Shown: positions 1 to 9,913 of the stretch, one piece after another
Numbering within the stretch: position 1 is the stretch's first letter
Layout: each line of letters begins with the position of its first letter
NCBI GenBank assembly: GCA_040954595.2
Contig: CM082584.2
Location: forward strand, 186,001-250,000
Source of the DNA: Balanoglossus misakiensis
Taxonomy: Eukaryota > Animalia > Hemichordata
DNA length: 64,000 nt
Direction: 5' to 3'
The notes under the pieces: model-generated
Databases searched by the model: none
The model's input: the letters and a program-made list of their open reading frames with translations, nothing else
What the model was told of the DNA's origin: nothing
Translations under genes and position numbers: made by a program

Positions 1-365
1 CAAAATTGTACAATATCTTACTTCAATCACTACAAGGAACATGCTGCCTAAGTTCAATGCAATAGGACAAGCGGTTTCAGAGAAAACAATTTTTGACAAA
101 AATTGCAAAAGCTTCCCCGATAACACATTTATGCAAAGATCACATTTTTTACAACATATTATTTAGGTTACCCCTACGAACATGCCTACCAAATTGCAAA
201 GCAATCTGGCATGAGGTTTTAAAGAAAAACATTTTTTGACCAAAAATGGCAAATATTGCTCAAAATTATAGATATGCAAATTTTGCAACAATTTGAACAA
301 AACTATGGTTACTTAGACAACATTAGGAGGCTTCATACTAAATTTCAAAGACTTTTACCAATAAC
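1..365 (+). mobile_element. Internal fragment of a Helentron-like non-autonomous repeat (same family at ~24960-26000, ~27815-29224, inverted at ~51230-52203)
   Basis: Near-identical sequence at 25620-25985 and 28474-28838. Confidence 0.7.
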
Positions 366-495
366 AAAAATAGTGATAACATTAAGCTAGCCCAAAGTTT
401 GAGTTACCAGGGCTTTAATATGTGTACCGTACTTATATTATATAATACATAACAAGTGTTTTGCATTGAATAATATAATATTGGTTTGTACTTAC

Positions 496-615
496 GCATT
501 GTACATGTGGCACCAGTGAAGCATTCGGTACACATACAGTCAAACAGGAAACAGCCGTCTCGCGCAACGCAAATGCCACCATTTTGACAAGGCATAGAGT
601 ATAACTGATCAATGG
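496..615 (-). pseudogene. EGF-variant exon (copy A), IDQLYSMPCQNGGICVARDGCFLFDCMCTECFTGATCTM; first Cys lost
   Basis: cag acceptor, GTAAGT donor, 120 bp, phase 1-1. Confidence 0.85.
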
Positions 616-1008
616 CTGCCAAAACAAAAATGAAAGTATCAATTACCTGCTTGTCAAAAACTTGTACATGTACTTGTGATGTTCATTTCGTTTAAATATG
701 TGAGCAATGTCTTCATTCCTTGTTTCAAACCTGTACATTTAAAATAACATAATGATGCTATTGCTAGGATTTTTCTGTAAGAATCTTGAAAAATTAAAAA
801 ATGTGCCATCAACATGATACAGAAGGCTTTCCTTTTTAACGTGCACCTCACACTCAATTTTGACCCTACATCAGCAAATTTTGAAAGGATGAAACTTAGT
901 AATGCTTCCACCCCATTTATTGGTGTATGGGTCCATCTATCACATTGAGAATACCAAAAATGAGGGTTTATATACCACGCTGTGTCATAAAACAGTAATT
1001 CGACACAC

Positions 1009-1131
1009 CTACGGCACAGATGGCCCCAGTCCAACACTACTGGCAGTAACAGGTGTAGTCAGTATAAGAATTTGGTGTTTGGGAACAATAGCCTCCATTT
1101 TGACACGGATTCTGATCACATGGGTTAATGA
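1009..1131 (-). pseudogene. EGF-variant exon (copy A) with in-frame TAG, INPCDQNPCQNGGYCSQTPNSYTDYTCYCQ*CWTGAICAV
   Basis: tag acceptor, GTGTGT donor, 123 bp, manual translation. Confidence 0.85.
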
Positions 1132-1693
1132 CTATCAGAAAAAAAATAGTTTAAAAAACATGAAATGCAGATGGCTACACCTCAACCAAAGATGATTCCT
1201 GCACCACAACAAAATCCTTTGACACAAGCATTATACTGGAACCATACCCAGAACACGCATGAAGGGACAATGTCTCTATTTTGGGTAATACAGTAAAACC
1301 TGTCTTTATGGACACCTCTCTAATCAGAACACCTAGTATGATTGATTTTTCAAGCCAAATAGTAAGGATAATTAAGGACGTCTCTTTTACTTAATACTCA
1401 GATGTGTGCACCACCTTAGGAGAGATTACCTCATATGCACAATTATCTCTACAGACACTAGTCTTCAAGAGGCAACTCTTGTATATTTGAGTGATGAAAA
1501 CATCCAGCTTCGTACACTTCCTCACAAGTTCGTGCCTATCCTAAATTGCACGGACATACAAATGAAATTTCTGTTTTCTTTTCCTTTCTTTTCTCTTGTG
1601 GAAATTTTAGAAATGAGAAGTTACCACACAATTCAATTGCCATGAAGAGAAAGTGCCCAAAAGATTGTCATTTACGGTACGTCAGAAACTTAC

Positions 1694-1816
1694 ATATTTC
1701 ACAACAGTTACCCTCATAGCAACCAGTACAGGCACAGGTATATGCCGTGCAGGAGTTGGCCACTGCATTACATACAGCCCCGTTGAGACAGCTGTTTCGC
1801 TGGCATGGATCTTGGA
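1694..1816 (-). pseudogene. EGF-variant exon (copy A), QDPCQRNSCLNGAVCNAVANSCTAYTCACTGCYEGNCCEI
   Basis: cag acceptor, GTAAGT donor, 123 bp, open frame. Confidence 0.85.
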
Positions 1817-2207
1817 CTGCAATAAAAAGTGCAACCTAATGTTATCTCAGCAATATTTACTTTCAAAATCTGTTTGATAAAAACATCATCATTACCATTA
1901 CTGTAAATACTGAACGGAACTTCACTTCTAAAAACAACTTGCTCATTCTGGGACGCACTTGTGGGGCTATGAAAATCTCTGTATATGTATCTTGTGTAGG
2001 GAAAATTTTCATGAACGATCAACATTTTTTTCTTCAAATAAACATGTTTTCTTTCAGCTGTACATCATTTTTGAGGTGACCGATTCCCAAGGCCCAAGGT
2101 GTGATGCTGAAGATGAAAATATAAAGTATGACCAACAGACAATGTATTGAGACATGATTGTAAATGTTAGTTCCTGCATGACAAATGTTTGTTTTAATGA
2201 GTTTTAC

Positions 2208-2324
2208 ACTGGCTGCAGTGTGTGCCGATGAAACATCCTGCACAAGTACACTCATAAGTTGTACACGACAGCTGAGTACACTGCCCATTGTTCAGGCATG
2301 GACTTGGCCTACATGGAGTTTGTT
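2208..2324 (-). pseudogene. EGF-variant exon (copy A), QTPCRPSPCLNNGQCTQLSCTTYECTCAGCFIGTHCSQ
   Basis: cag acceptor, GTAAAA donor, 117 bp, open frame. Confidence 0.85.
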
Positions 2325-2635
2325 CTGTTTCAATGGCATTAAAAAAAATAGCAGTGACATAAGTTTTTAGGGTATGACCATTTCCCTAATTCCTACAGCT
2401 GTGGTTCTATCGGGTTCTCCTATAACTGAGCCTCCTAAATGTATAACTGAACAATAAGAATTACTTATTATACTTTTGGGAGTTTAGGACTTTGGTAATT
2501 GAAAAAAGACTCAATTCCTGAAAGTGCCTATTTGGTTTGTCACATCCTAAATATACAGGTAATTTCATAGCTGCCAGCTATGACAAATATACCGGTATGA
2601 TGGGGGATAAACAGATCCTCGTCTGATAAATTTAC

Positions 2636-2758
2636 CTTGGTCACAGGTGATTCCAATGAAACAGCCTTGACAGCGACAGGTAAACGAACTGCACGATCTA
2701 CTGATTGGCTCACAGATACCGTTGTTCATGCACAGATTGGGAGAACATTGACCGAGTC
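2636..2758 (-). pseudogene. EGF-variant exon present only in copy A, LGQCSPNLCMNNGICEPISRSCSSFTCRCQGCFIGITCDQ
   Basis: cag acceptor, GTAAAT donor, 123 bp; within ORF 2565..2810; absent at the copy B junction ~32702. Confidence 0.88.
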
Positions 2759-3045
2759 CTGGAGATGCATGTAAATCAACCAACAATTGCATATTAACAT
2801 CACAAGTCATTTCACTATTTTTTCATTCAAAACTAAAAAGATTGCTTGTAACTTGCTGAAGAAATATTCATATGGACAGACCATTCTAGCTTGGAACAGG
2901 CAATGTCAAGGGTGCCCTGACGCCCAACTTTTAAGAGCAGTTCATTTACTGAAACTGCCAGCACCCAATATTATCACACATGTAATCCATATGTGGAAAT
3001 CAAATACACCTGTAACAGTTTTAATTTACCATGTGGGTATTTGCA

Positions 3046-3573
3046 TAGCGCACACATGAAAATCCACCCAGTTTGTTTACAAATTGTTTTCGTGAAATCT
3101 GTTTTATTGTTAACGCACTGCGAAATAAAATGCCCCTAAACCACAATTTTTGTTTCAATGCTTCACGCAAACATAAAATTATTACGAAAAGTGTCAGCGT
3201 TACCAAGAAATATGAGTGCCCAGTCGGACATGCAAAAAACATGGATGATTTGTTTACAATTTTTAAATGAAGCTTGTGGCACTAGAAATGACCGTTCAAC
3301 CGACAGACGAACACCAAACCATAATAATTAGCACAGACATCGTAATACTTTTAGAATTTTAGAAAAAAACGCAGTGGCTGCTGAAATGCAGGAGTGCCAG
3401 TTTGGTGGCAAGTTTTCACATCACTGGTGGGGTCGACATGTGCCGAAGTAAGGAAGTCATTGTCCAACTGTCATGGGTGTTAATTATATGCAAAAGAACA
3501 TCATCATACAGATAATCCCCAAACCCTTTGATCTTTGCCGCAGTTGCTCGTCCTTCTTTCTCTAGGGTCTATG
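3046..3573. mobile_element. Truncated copy A remnant of the P-like MITE at 33049-34166
   Basis: Right TIR (...ttctctagggtctatg) retained; left part deleted relative to copy B. Confidence 0.7.
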
Positions 3574-3688
3574 GTTTGACAGATGTCACCTGTGTAAGAG
3601 TTCACACACTGGCATGAATAGAAATTGCACGATGTTTGCTGGCAAAATCCACCATTCATACATGGGTTGGGATCACAGGGGTTTTGCA
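3574..3688 (-). pseudogene. EGF-variant exon (copy A), QNPCDPNPCMNGGFCQQTSCNFYSCQCVNSYTGDICQT; splice donor lost
   Basis: ORF 3504..3689; acceptor present; 3' end runs into the MITE TIR. Confidence 0.85.
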
Positions 3689-4237
3689 CTGGAAATTAAG
3701 AAAGGACGCCATTTTATTCCTTGCTACTCATTCTACAAACTTGGCAAAAACCTTGCAGAATTATGGCAAGGGTGTGTGGAGTGATTGTGCCTACAACTTA
3801 TATTAGGCTGGTATCAAGTTGTTCACACCTCCATAGATCATGTGGCAGTGACTGTAAGGCAAAGGCTTCCCTTCATGAAATCAAAGACCTGTGTACTGGA
3901 GGAGGGTTCCTTGCAAATGCTTGACTTGACTTCAGGCATACCTGTAGACTCATATGCAAATTTACACTATCTGGCCTGGAGTGAGAATTTCCATAGTGGA
4001 TGTGTGTTGACAAAAGGCAGTAAAATTGGCCAGTCGCGCATAATGTTTCTTGAACTAAGACAATCAAGACATTATGCGCTACGAAAGTGATTTTGATTGG
4101 GAAGAGTGTAATCTTGCATTCGATGTCAAGAACGCTCCAAGCTCTGCTGTGGTGATGGCTACACCTATGCTCAGGAAACATGCAGTATTTGAATGCATCA
4201 GAGACAAAAGGTAAAAGAGACTGCGCTGTATACTTAC

Positions 4238-4360
4238 ATATCTCACACCTATCACCTTTGTAGCAACCAGTACATATGCAGGTGAGATCAAAGCAGGAAT
4301 TTCGAGCCGGTTGACAGAAGCCAGCATTCTGGCACGGATTTGGTGGACACTGGTTGAGTC
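4238..4360 (-). pseudogene. EGF-variant exon (copy A), LNQCPPNPCQNAGFCQPARNSCFDLTCICTGCYKGDRCEI
   Basis: tag acceptor, GTAAGT donor, 123 bp. Confidence 0.88.
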
Positions 4361-4590
4361 CTACAAGGAAAAGGGTCAAATTTTCCATGATCATCAATGT
4401 CATGTGATTATGAATGTATGTAAGTGGCTGAAAAAAATTCCCAGGGGTGAGTTTCCTACAAAAATTGTGATGTGACAAACCGACAAATTAGCATATTAGC
4501 ATAATCAGAATAAAAAAAAAAATGCACAGGTAGTTTAAAAGAACAAACACTTTGGAAACGGAATAGATCTAAGCTGCTGTCCCTTTCTAA

Positions 4591-5052
4591 TTGTTACTCG
4601 TTCAAAAATCACCTGTCACATCACTCCAATTTAGTATCAGTTGCACTGGCTACCTGTTACAGAGCGTATTGTTTTTAAGATGTTAGTTCTCATTTTTAAA
4701 TCCATTCATAAACTTGGTCCAATCTATCTTTCTAGCATGACTAATCTATATGTTCCGTGTCGCAATTTAAGGTCAGCTGATCAGTACAAACTCTGCCCTG
4801 TTCGATCACGCACCAAGAGTTATGGTGATCGTGCTTTTACTGTTGCTGCTCCAATTCTTTGGAATAATCTTCCACTCACCATTCGCCAGGCACCAGACTT
4901 ATCTGTTTTTAAATCAAATGTTAAAACTTTACTTTTTAAATCTGTTTTTTAGCCATTTGTTGTATTGTACTTTTGCTTTAAGCGTCATTGATCACATTTT
5001 TTGTGGATACTGACGCTATACAAATAAATTATTATTATTATTATTATTATTT
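4591..5052 (+). mobile_element. 5'-truncated L2/CR1-clade LINE 3' end
   Basis: LHWLPV..RI.FK...GDRAF..AAP.LWN.LP C-terminal ORF2 motifs, then aataaa and an (att)n tail; duplicate at ~35184-35642. Confidence 0.88.
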
Positions 5053-5143
5053 CTATTTTTGTGTTTGTACAACATCAGTGAAGTTTAAATCATAATAAAA
5101 AAATGATAATTATCATTATTAACTGCTATAGATTCAAACTTAC

Positions 5144-5266
5144 TTGTCTCACACCTGGTTCCCTAGTAACACTCTGTGCACATGCCAATGGTGGCAGTAC
5201 AAGAATTTGCCTGTTGTTGGCAGGTACCTCCATTGAGACAAGGACTAGTGAAGCATGGATTAGGAA
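5144..5266 (-). pseudogene. EGF-variant exon (copy A) with in-frame TAG, PNPCFTSPCLNGGTCQQQANSCTATIGMCTECY*G...CET
   Basis: cag acceptor, GTAAGT donor, 123 bp. Confidence 0.85.
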
Positions 5267-5500
5267 CTGGAAGACAGGAATTCAAAATTTTATACAACAC
5301 TTACCTATGGTAACACCAGTACACGTTCATTATTTCTCTGTTATGTTTTTATACTGGTGATTTTACTGTTTTTATTACCGATCATACTGACTGACTTAAA
5401 GATGATGATGATGATGATTATAATGACTACACCTGCTATTATTACTACAATGTACCTCAGCACTTAGATTTTTTAATAAATGACAAAGTACTGTACTCAC

Positions 5501-5630
5501 GTGTTTCACATGTGAAGCCCAGGTAGCAGCCAGCACATTGACATGTGACGCCTGTACAAGATCCCTGGATTGCTTGGCAAGTACCAGCATTCCGGCATGG
5601 GTTAAGGTTTGTGTTCGCACGGATTCATTG
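5501..5630 (-). pseudogene. Frameshifted EGF-variant exon (copy A), MNPCEHKP/NPCRNAGTCQAIQGSCTGVTCQCAGCYLGFTCET
   Basis: cag acceptor, GTGAGT donor, 130 bp (not a multiple of 3). Confidence 0.82.
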
Positions 5631-5890
5631 CTGCAAATGTACACAATATTTACAAAATAAAACAGTATACAACTGTAAGTATTTATAATCATCAATTGTG
5701 AATATCACACCAATCAAGGCCTTTCAATGCACCCTGATTGCTGAGAGCTGAAATACGTGAACCAACGTGTATTTGTTTTCACTACTATATCACATGACAT
5801 TCTGCATCTCTTTTCCAAAGTTGTAGTCTGCACCCAACATTGTATTCCGGGGTAGCACTACACGGAACCCCGAAACTTTTTTGTCATCAT

Positions 5891-6093
5891 TGTAGTATTC
5901 TGATAACTACGATCAATATAGCGCCCTCTAGTGTTGCATTGTTGGTGTTCCACTTGTGTATGAATTGCTGTACGACGTCACTTCCGCCCAGATTAGGCGA
6001 AGCACATTGTTGAGTCTTTTCAGCCGATCAATAAATAGGTTGTTGTTATACCTAAGATCGCATTATTATTCCCATGTTGATGGAAACATAACA
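5891..6093 (+). repeat. 5' LTR (203 bp)
   Basis: Matches 13617-13820 with 1 substitution and 1 indel seen; contains aataaa. Confidence 0.96.
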
Positions 6094-6107
6094 TGGTGGC
6101 AGCGGTG
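6094..6107 (+). promoter_or_regulatory. Primer-binding site TGGTGGCAGCGGTG, complementary to the tRNA-Leu 3' end
   Basis: Directly follows the 5' LTR; complement of ...CACCGCTGCCACCA. Confidence 0.85.
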
Positions 6108-6203
6108 AACGTGAGTGATCAGATGTAAGCAGACTTTACACAGTATCGACTACACAAGACACCAAAACTACAGAAGAAAAGACCATCGAACTGACCTGAC
6201 AAG

Positions 6204-6868
6204 ATGGCGGCCGCACTACAAACGCCCTTCACAGCCCCAAAGATGGAATGGGACGCGCCAGATCTAGCAATAGCCTTCAGTCGTTTTCGTCAAAAATGTG
6301 AGTTAACATTTAAGACAGCACTTAAAGATGCTAACGATGAAGAGAAAGCTAGCTACATACTTCTATGGTCCGGTGAACCAGGTCTTGACAAATACAACAG
6401 TTGGTCGTTTGAAAATGAAGACCAGCGGAAAGATCCCACAGTACTATTCGACAAATTTTCCGAACACTTAGAGCCGAAGTCGAATCATCGCATACATAGA
6501 TACCAATTCCAAGATATGAGACAAGACACTGGAGAACCAGTTGATGATTTCTTTTCGAAATTGAAAAATGAAGCCGCCAAATGCAAATTTGGAGATACAA
6601 AAGAACAGGAAGCGAGACTCGTAGATCAGTTGATATGGGGGATCTGTCACCAAGAAATACAGAAGAAACTTATTGGGCGTGATGAGAACCTGACCTTGAA
6701 GGAGGCACTTGATATAGCTAGAGGTCAAGAAGCCACAACAAAACACATGAAAACGCTCACAGATTGCCAAATTGCTAGTCCCGTGGATAGCAAAGCTGTC
6801 AACGCAGTAAAAAGGCAACCCAACAAAACACACCCCAAACAATGTACGCATTGTGGAAAAAAGCATGA
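6204..6868 (+). CDS. gag: Gypsy gag, N-terminal part (interrupted in the first zinc knuckle)
   Basis: ORF 6204..6878 has Mag-type gag features and ends C-T-H-C-G-K-K-H; the frame resumes after the insertion at ~9914. Confidence 0.9.
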
Positions 6869-7404
6869 AACAGTATAGAAAACATTTTCCAATTTCCGAA
6901 AAACCTCTTTTTTACATAATTACTGCTGAAAAAGTTAGAAATTTATGAAAATATTCCTTATTCTTTGCCAATTTCTAATGAAAAAATTACATAAAGGTAT
7001 TCTTAGTCTCTTTCCTGCAGCTGTACAGCAGGAAAAATGCATTTTGTCATATTTTGGCTTTAAACTCAAATTAAAATTTATCTGTGAAAAAACTGAGTCT
7101 CCTTCAAAGCCACGTACATGACAGTCCTTTTGATTTTTTTCTAATGAAATTTTGTCTCCATGTTTATCATGAGTAATATTTCTATTGAAAATTTGCAAGT
7201 GTGTGAATTGCTTGTAAAATTTCGCCAGAAAAAACAATAGCATCAAAAAGTAAATCTGAAACCCAATATTTATTACAAGAATTGTTAGATTAATATCCGT
7301 ATCACACAAATCCGTTGGATTTCGTATGAATTTTAGGAAATAAGCACTGCTCATTGACAAATCCATATTTTGCAGCTGAAATACTTGGAAAAGAGTCGGT
7401 GGCA

Positions 7405-8060
7405 TGTGAGAGCTTGGAAATTTCCAAGCACTGACAAGGGTCAGTGGTCGGAAATTTCCAGACACTCAGGGAATGTGAGAGCCTGGAAATTTCCAAGCAC
7501 TGACAAGGGTCAGTGGTCGGAAATTTCCAGACACTCAGGGAATGTGAGAGCCTGGAAATTTCCAAGCACTGACAAGGGTCAGTGGTCGGAAATTTCCAGA
7601 CACTCAGGGAATGTGAGAGCTTAGAAATTTCCAAGCACTGACAAGGGTCAGTGGTCGGAAATTTCCAGACACTCAGGGAATGTGAGAGCTTAGAAATTTC
7701 CAAGCACTGACAAGGGTCAGTGGTCGGAAATTTCCAGACACTCAGGGAATGTGAGAGCCTGGAAATTTCCAAGCACTGACAAGGGTCAGTGGTCGGAAAT
7801 TTCCAGACACTCAGGGAATGTGAGAGCTTAGAAATTTCCAAGCACTGACAAGGGTCAGCGGTCGGAAATTTCCGGACACTCAGGGAATGTGAGAGCCTGG
7901 AAATTTCCAAGCACTGACAAGGGTCAGTGGTCGGAAATTTCCAGACACTCAGGGAATGTGAGAGCTTAGAAATTTCCAAGCACTGACAAGGGTCAGTGGT
8001 CGGAAATTTCCAGACACTCAGGGAATGTGAGAGCCTTGAAATTTCCAAGCACTGACAGGG
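7405..8060 (+). repeat. Tandem array of a 69-bp unit (~9.5 copies)
   Basis: Unit gggaatgtgagagcctggaaatttccaagcactgacaagggtcagtggtcggaaatttccagacactca; 23-aa periodicity in the overlapping ORFs. Confidence 0.97.
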
Positions 8061-8129
8061 TCGTGGTAGTCCCCCGTACAGGTCTGCGTTCTCCCGGCGT
8101 TTAATACATGGCTTCCACCACATCTCTGC

Positions 8130-8523
8130 AAGGCTCCATGGACAAAACTGATTCGTCTGAGATCCGGATCCGGACAGCAGCTTTTCGGCCGAGATTCGAT
8201 TTTATCGGGGGGAATCTTTCCCCCGTCTACCCACAAATGACTCCAAATATGATGTAATTAACTTCCGAGCCGCTCGCTTTCTGATTTTCTCTTGTGTTTA
8301 CCTGTTGAGATCGCCATATTGAATACAGTGAGGTTATCTCAATGGGTAAACACAAAAGTTTCAGAAAGCGAGCGGTTCGGATGTTAGAAGAAGTCAATCG
8401 TGGAGTCGGTTATAACCGGTTAGTAGACAGGGAAAGGATATTCTCCCAATAAAATCGAATTTCGGCGAAAAGCTCTGGTACGGATCTGGACCGCAGACGC
8501 AACAGGTTTGTCTAAGGAGCCTT
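8130..8523. repeat. Degenerate ~390-bp palindrome (old MITE-like hairpin) in the core of the nested element
   Basis: aaggctcc...ggagcctt ends; inner arms gattcgatttta/taaaatcgaatt and ccgctcgctttctga/tcagaaagcgagcgg. Confidence 0.7.
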
Positions 8524-8976
8524 AGCGTCACAATGTTCATGACAGGCTTCGCCTACCAACTCCTCTGAGTTAGCCCATACACTAGTTGTTTATTGGGAAT
8601 TGGTATTGTTTATCTGACATAATTGTTCTTTCTACTCTGTATACAAAGTCACAACTTCACAACTACCAAATGCTATTGTTCTTGAATTATGCAGTGTTAC
8701 CAAATGTCACAGTTCAAACCACTGTTTATAAAGAAGTATTGGCCATCCCGCCCCTCTCTCTTCATTCCGAACCTATTCCCAAGTGTACGCGGTACATTTG
8801 TTGGTGCCGAGACCAGGATGTCGGGCATGGAGAGAGAGAGAGAAGAACAGCAGAAGAGGCCACCGCAGTCAAATGACCAATCTCATCCGTAGGGTTGACG
8901 ATATAAACACAGGCGCAGTTCCTCAACAGATCGTTTTCCTAAAGGCCATAATTTGAAACATGATAGAGAAACTCAA

Positions 8977-9616
8977 GATTTCCAAGCACTGACCCTGTCA
9001 ATGCTTGGAAATTTCCAGGCTCTCACATTCCCCGAGTGTCTGGAAATTTCCGACCACTGACCCTGTCAGTGCTTGGAAATTTCTAGGCTCTCACATTCCC
9101 TGAGTGTCTGGAAATTTCCGACCACTGACCCTTGTCAGTGCTTGGAAATTTCTAAGCTCTCACATTCCCTGAGTGTCTGGAAATTTCCGACCACTGACCC
9201 TTGTCAGTGCTTGGAAATTTTCAGGCTCTCACATTCCCTGAGTGTCTGGAAATTTCCGACCACTGACCCTTGTCAGTGCTTGGAAATTTCCAGGCTCTCA
9301 CATTCCCTGAGTGTCCGGAAATTGCCGACCACTGACCCTTGTCAGTGCTTGGAAATTTCCAGGCTCTCACATTCCCTGAGTGTCTGGAAATTTCCGACCA
9401 CTGACCCTTGTCAGTGCTTGGAAATTTCCAGGCTCTCACATTCCCTGAGTGTCCGGAAATTTCCGACCACTGACCCTTGTCAGTGCTTGGAAATTTCCAG
9501 GCTCTCACATTCCCTGAGTGTCTGGAAATTTCCGACCACTGACCCTTGTCAGTGCTTGGAAATTGCCAGGCTCTCACATTCCCTGAGTGTCTGGAAATTT
9601 CCAGACACTGACCCTT
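8977..9616 (-). repeat. Inverted tandem array of the same 69-bp unit (~9.3 copies)
   Basis: Reverse complement of 7405-8060. Confidence 0.97.
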
Positions 9617-9913
9617 CTGGAGTGACTAGCAATTTTTGCAAATTGTACTATTAATTGAATTCATAATTTAATTATTAGTTTTTTTCAATGAAATATTCAA
9701 ATCCATACAACCCAAAGATGGCTCCTTCATTATTTCTATGGAAATTTCACAGTTTATTCTTTTCTTTCTGCACACTCGCAAACATCTTGAAAATAATCAT
9801 AGAAAAATATCGAAATATATTGTACTGTGAACAAAACACTAATTTCCTTGAAAAAAGTTTAAAAAACGGCTACTTTTCGGAAATTGGAAAATGTTTTCTA
9901 TACTGTTAATTGA

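Larger units (their letters stand above)
6869..9913. mobile_element. Non-autonomous foldback-like DNA element nested in gag
   Basis: Perfect 34-bp TIRs (6869-6902, 9874-9907) and two inverted 69-bp arrays; removing 6869-9913 restores K-H-D-T in gag. Confidence 0.92.

Noticed and set aside
7405-8060. Possible CRISPR-like array
   Set aside because: The units are contiguous and near-identical with no unique spacers; eukaryotic context and no cas genes.
7302-9654. Long Cys-containing repetitive ORFs 7302..8123 (-) and 9073..9654 (+)
   Set aside because: They are open only because the 69-bp unit (3 x 23) lacks stops in that frame; there is no other sign of coding.
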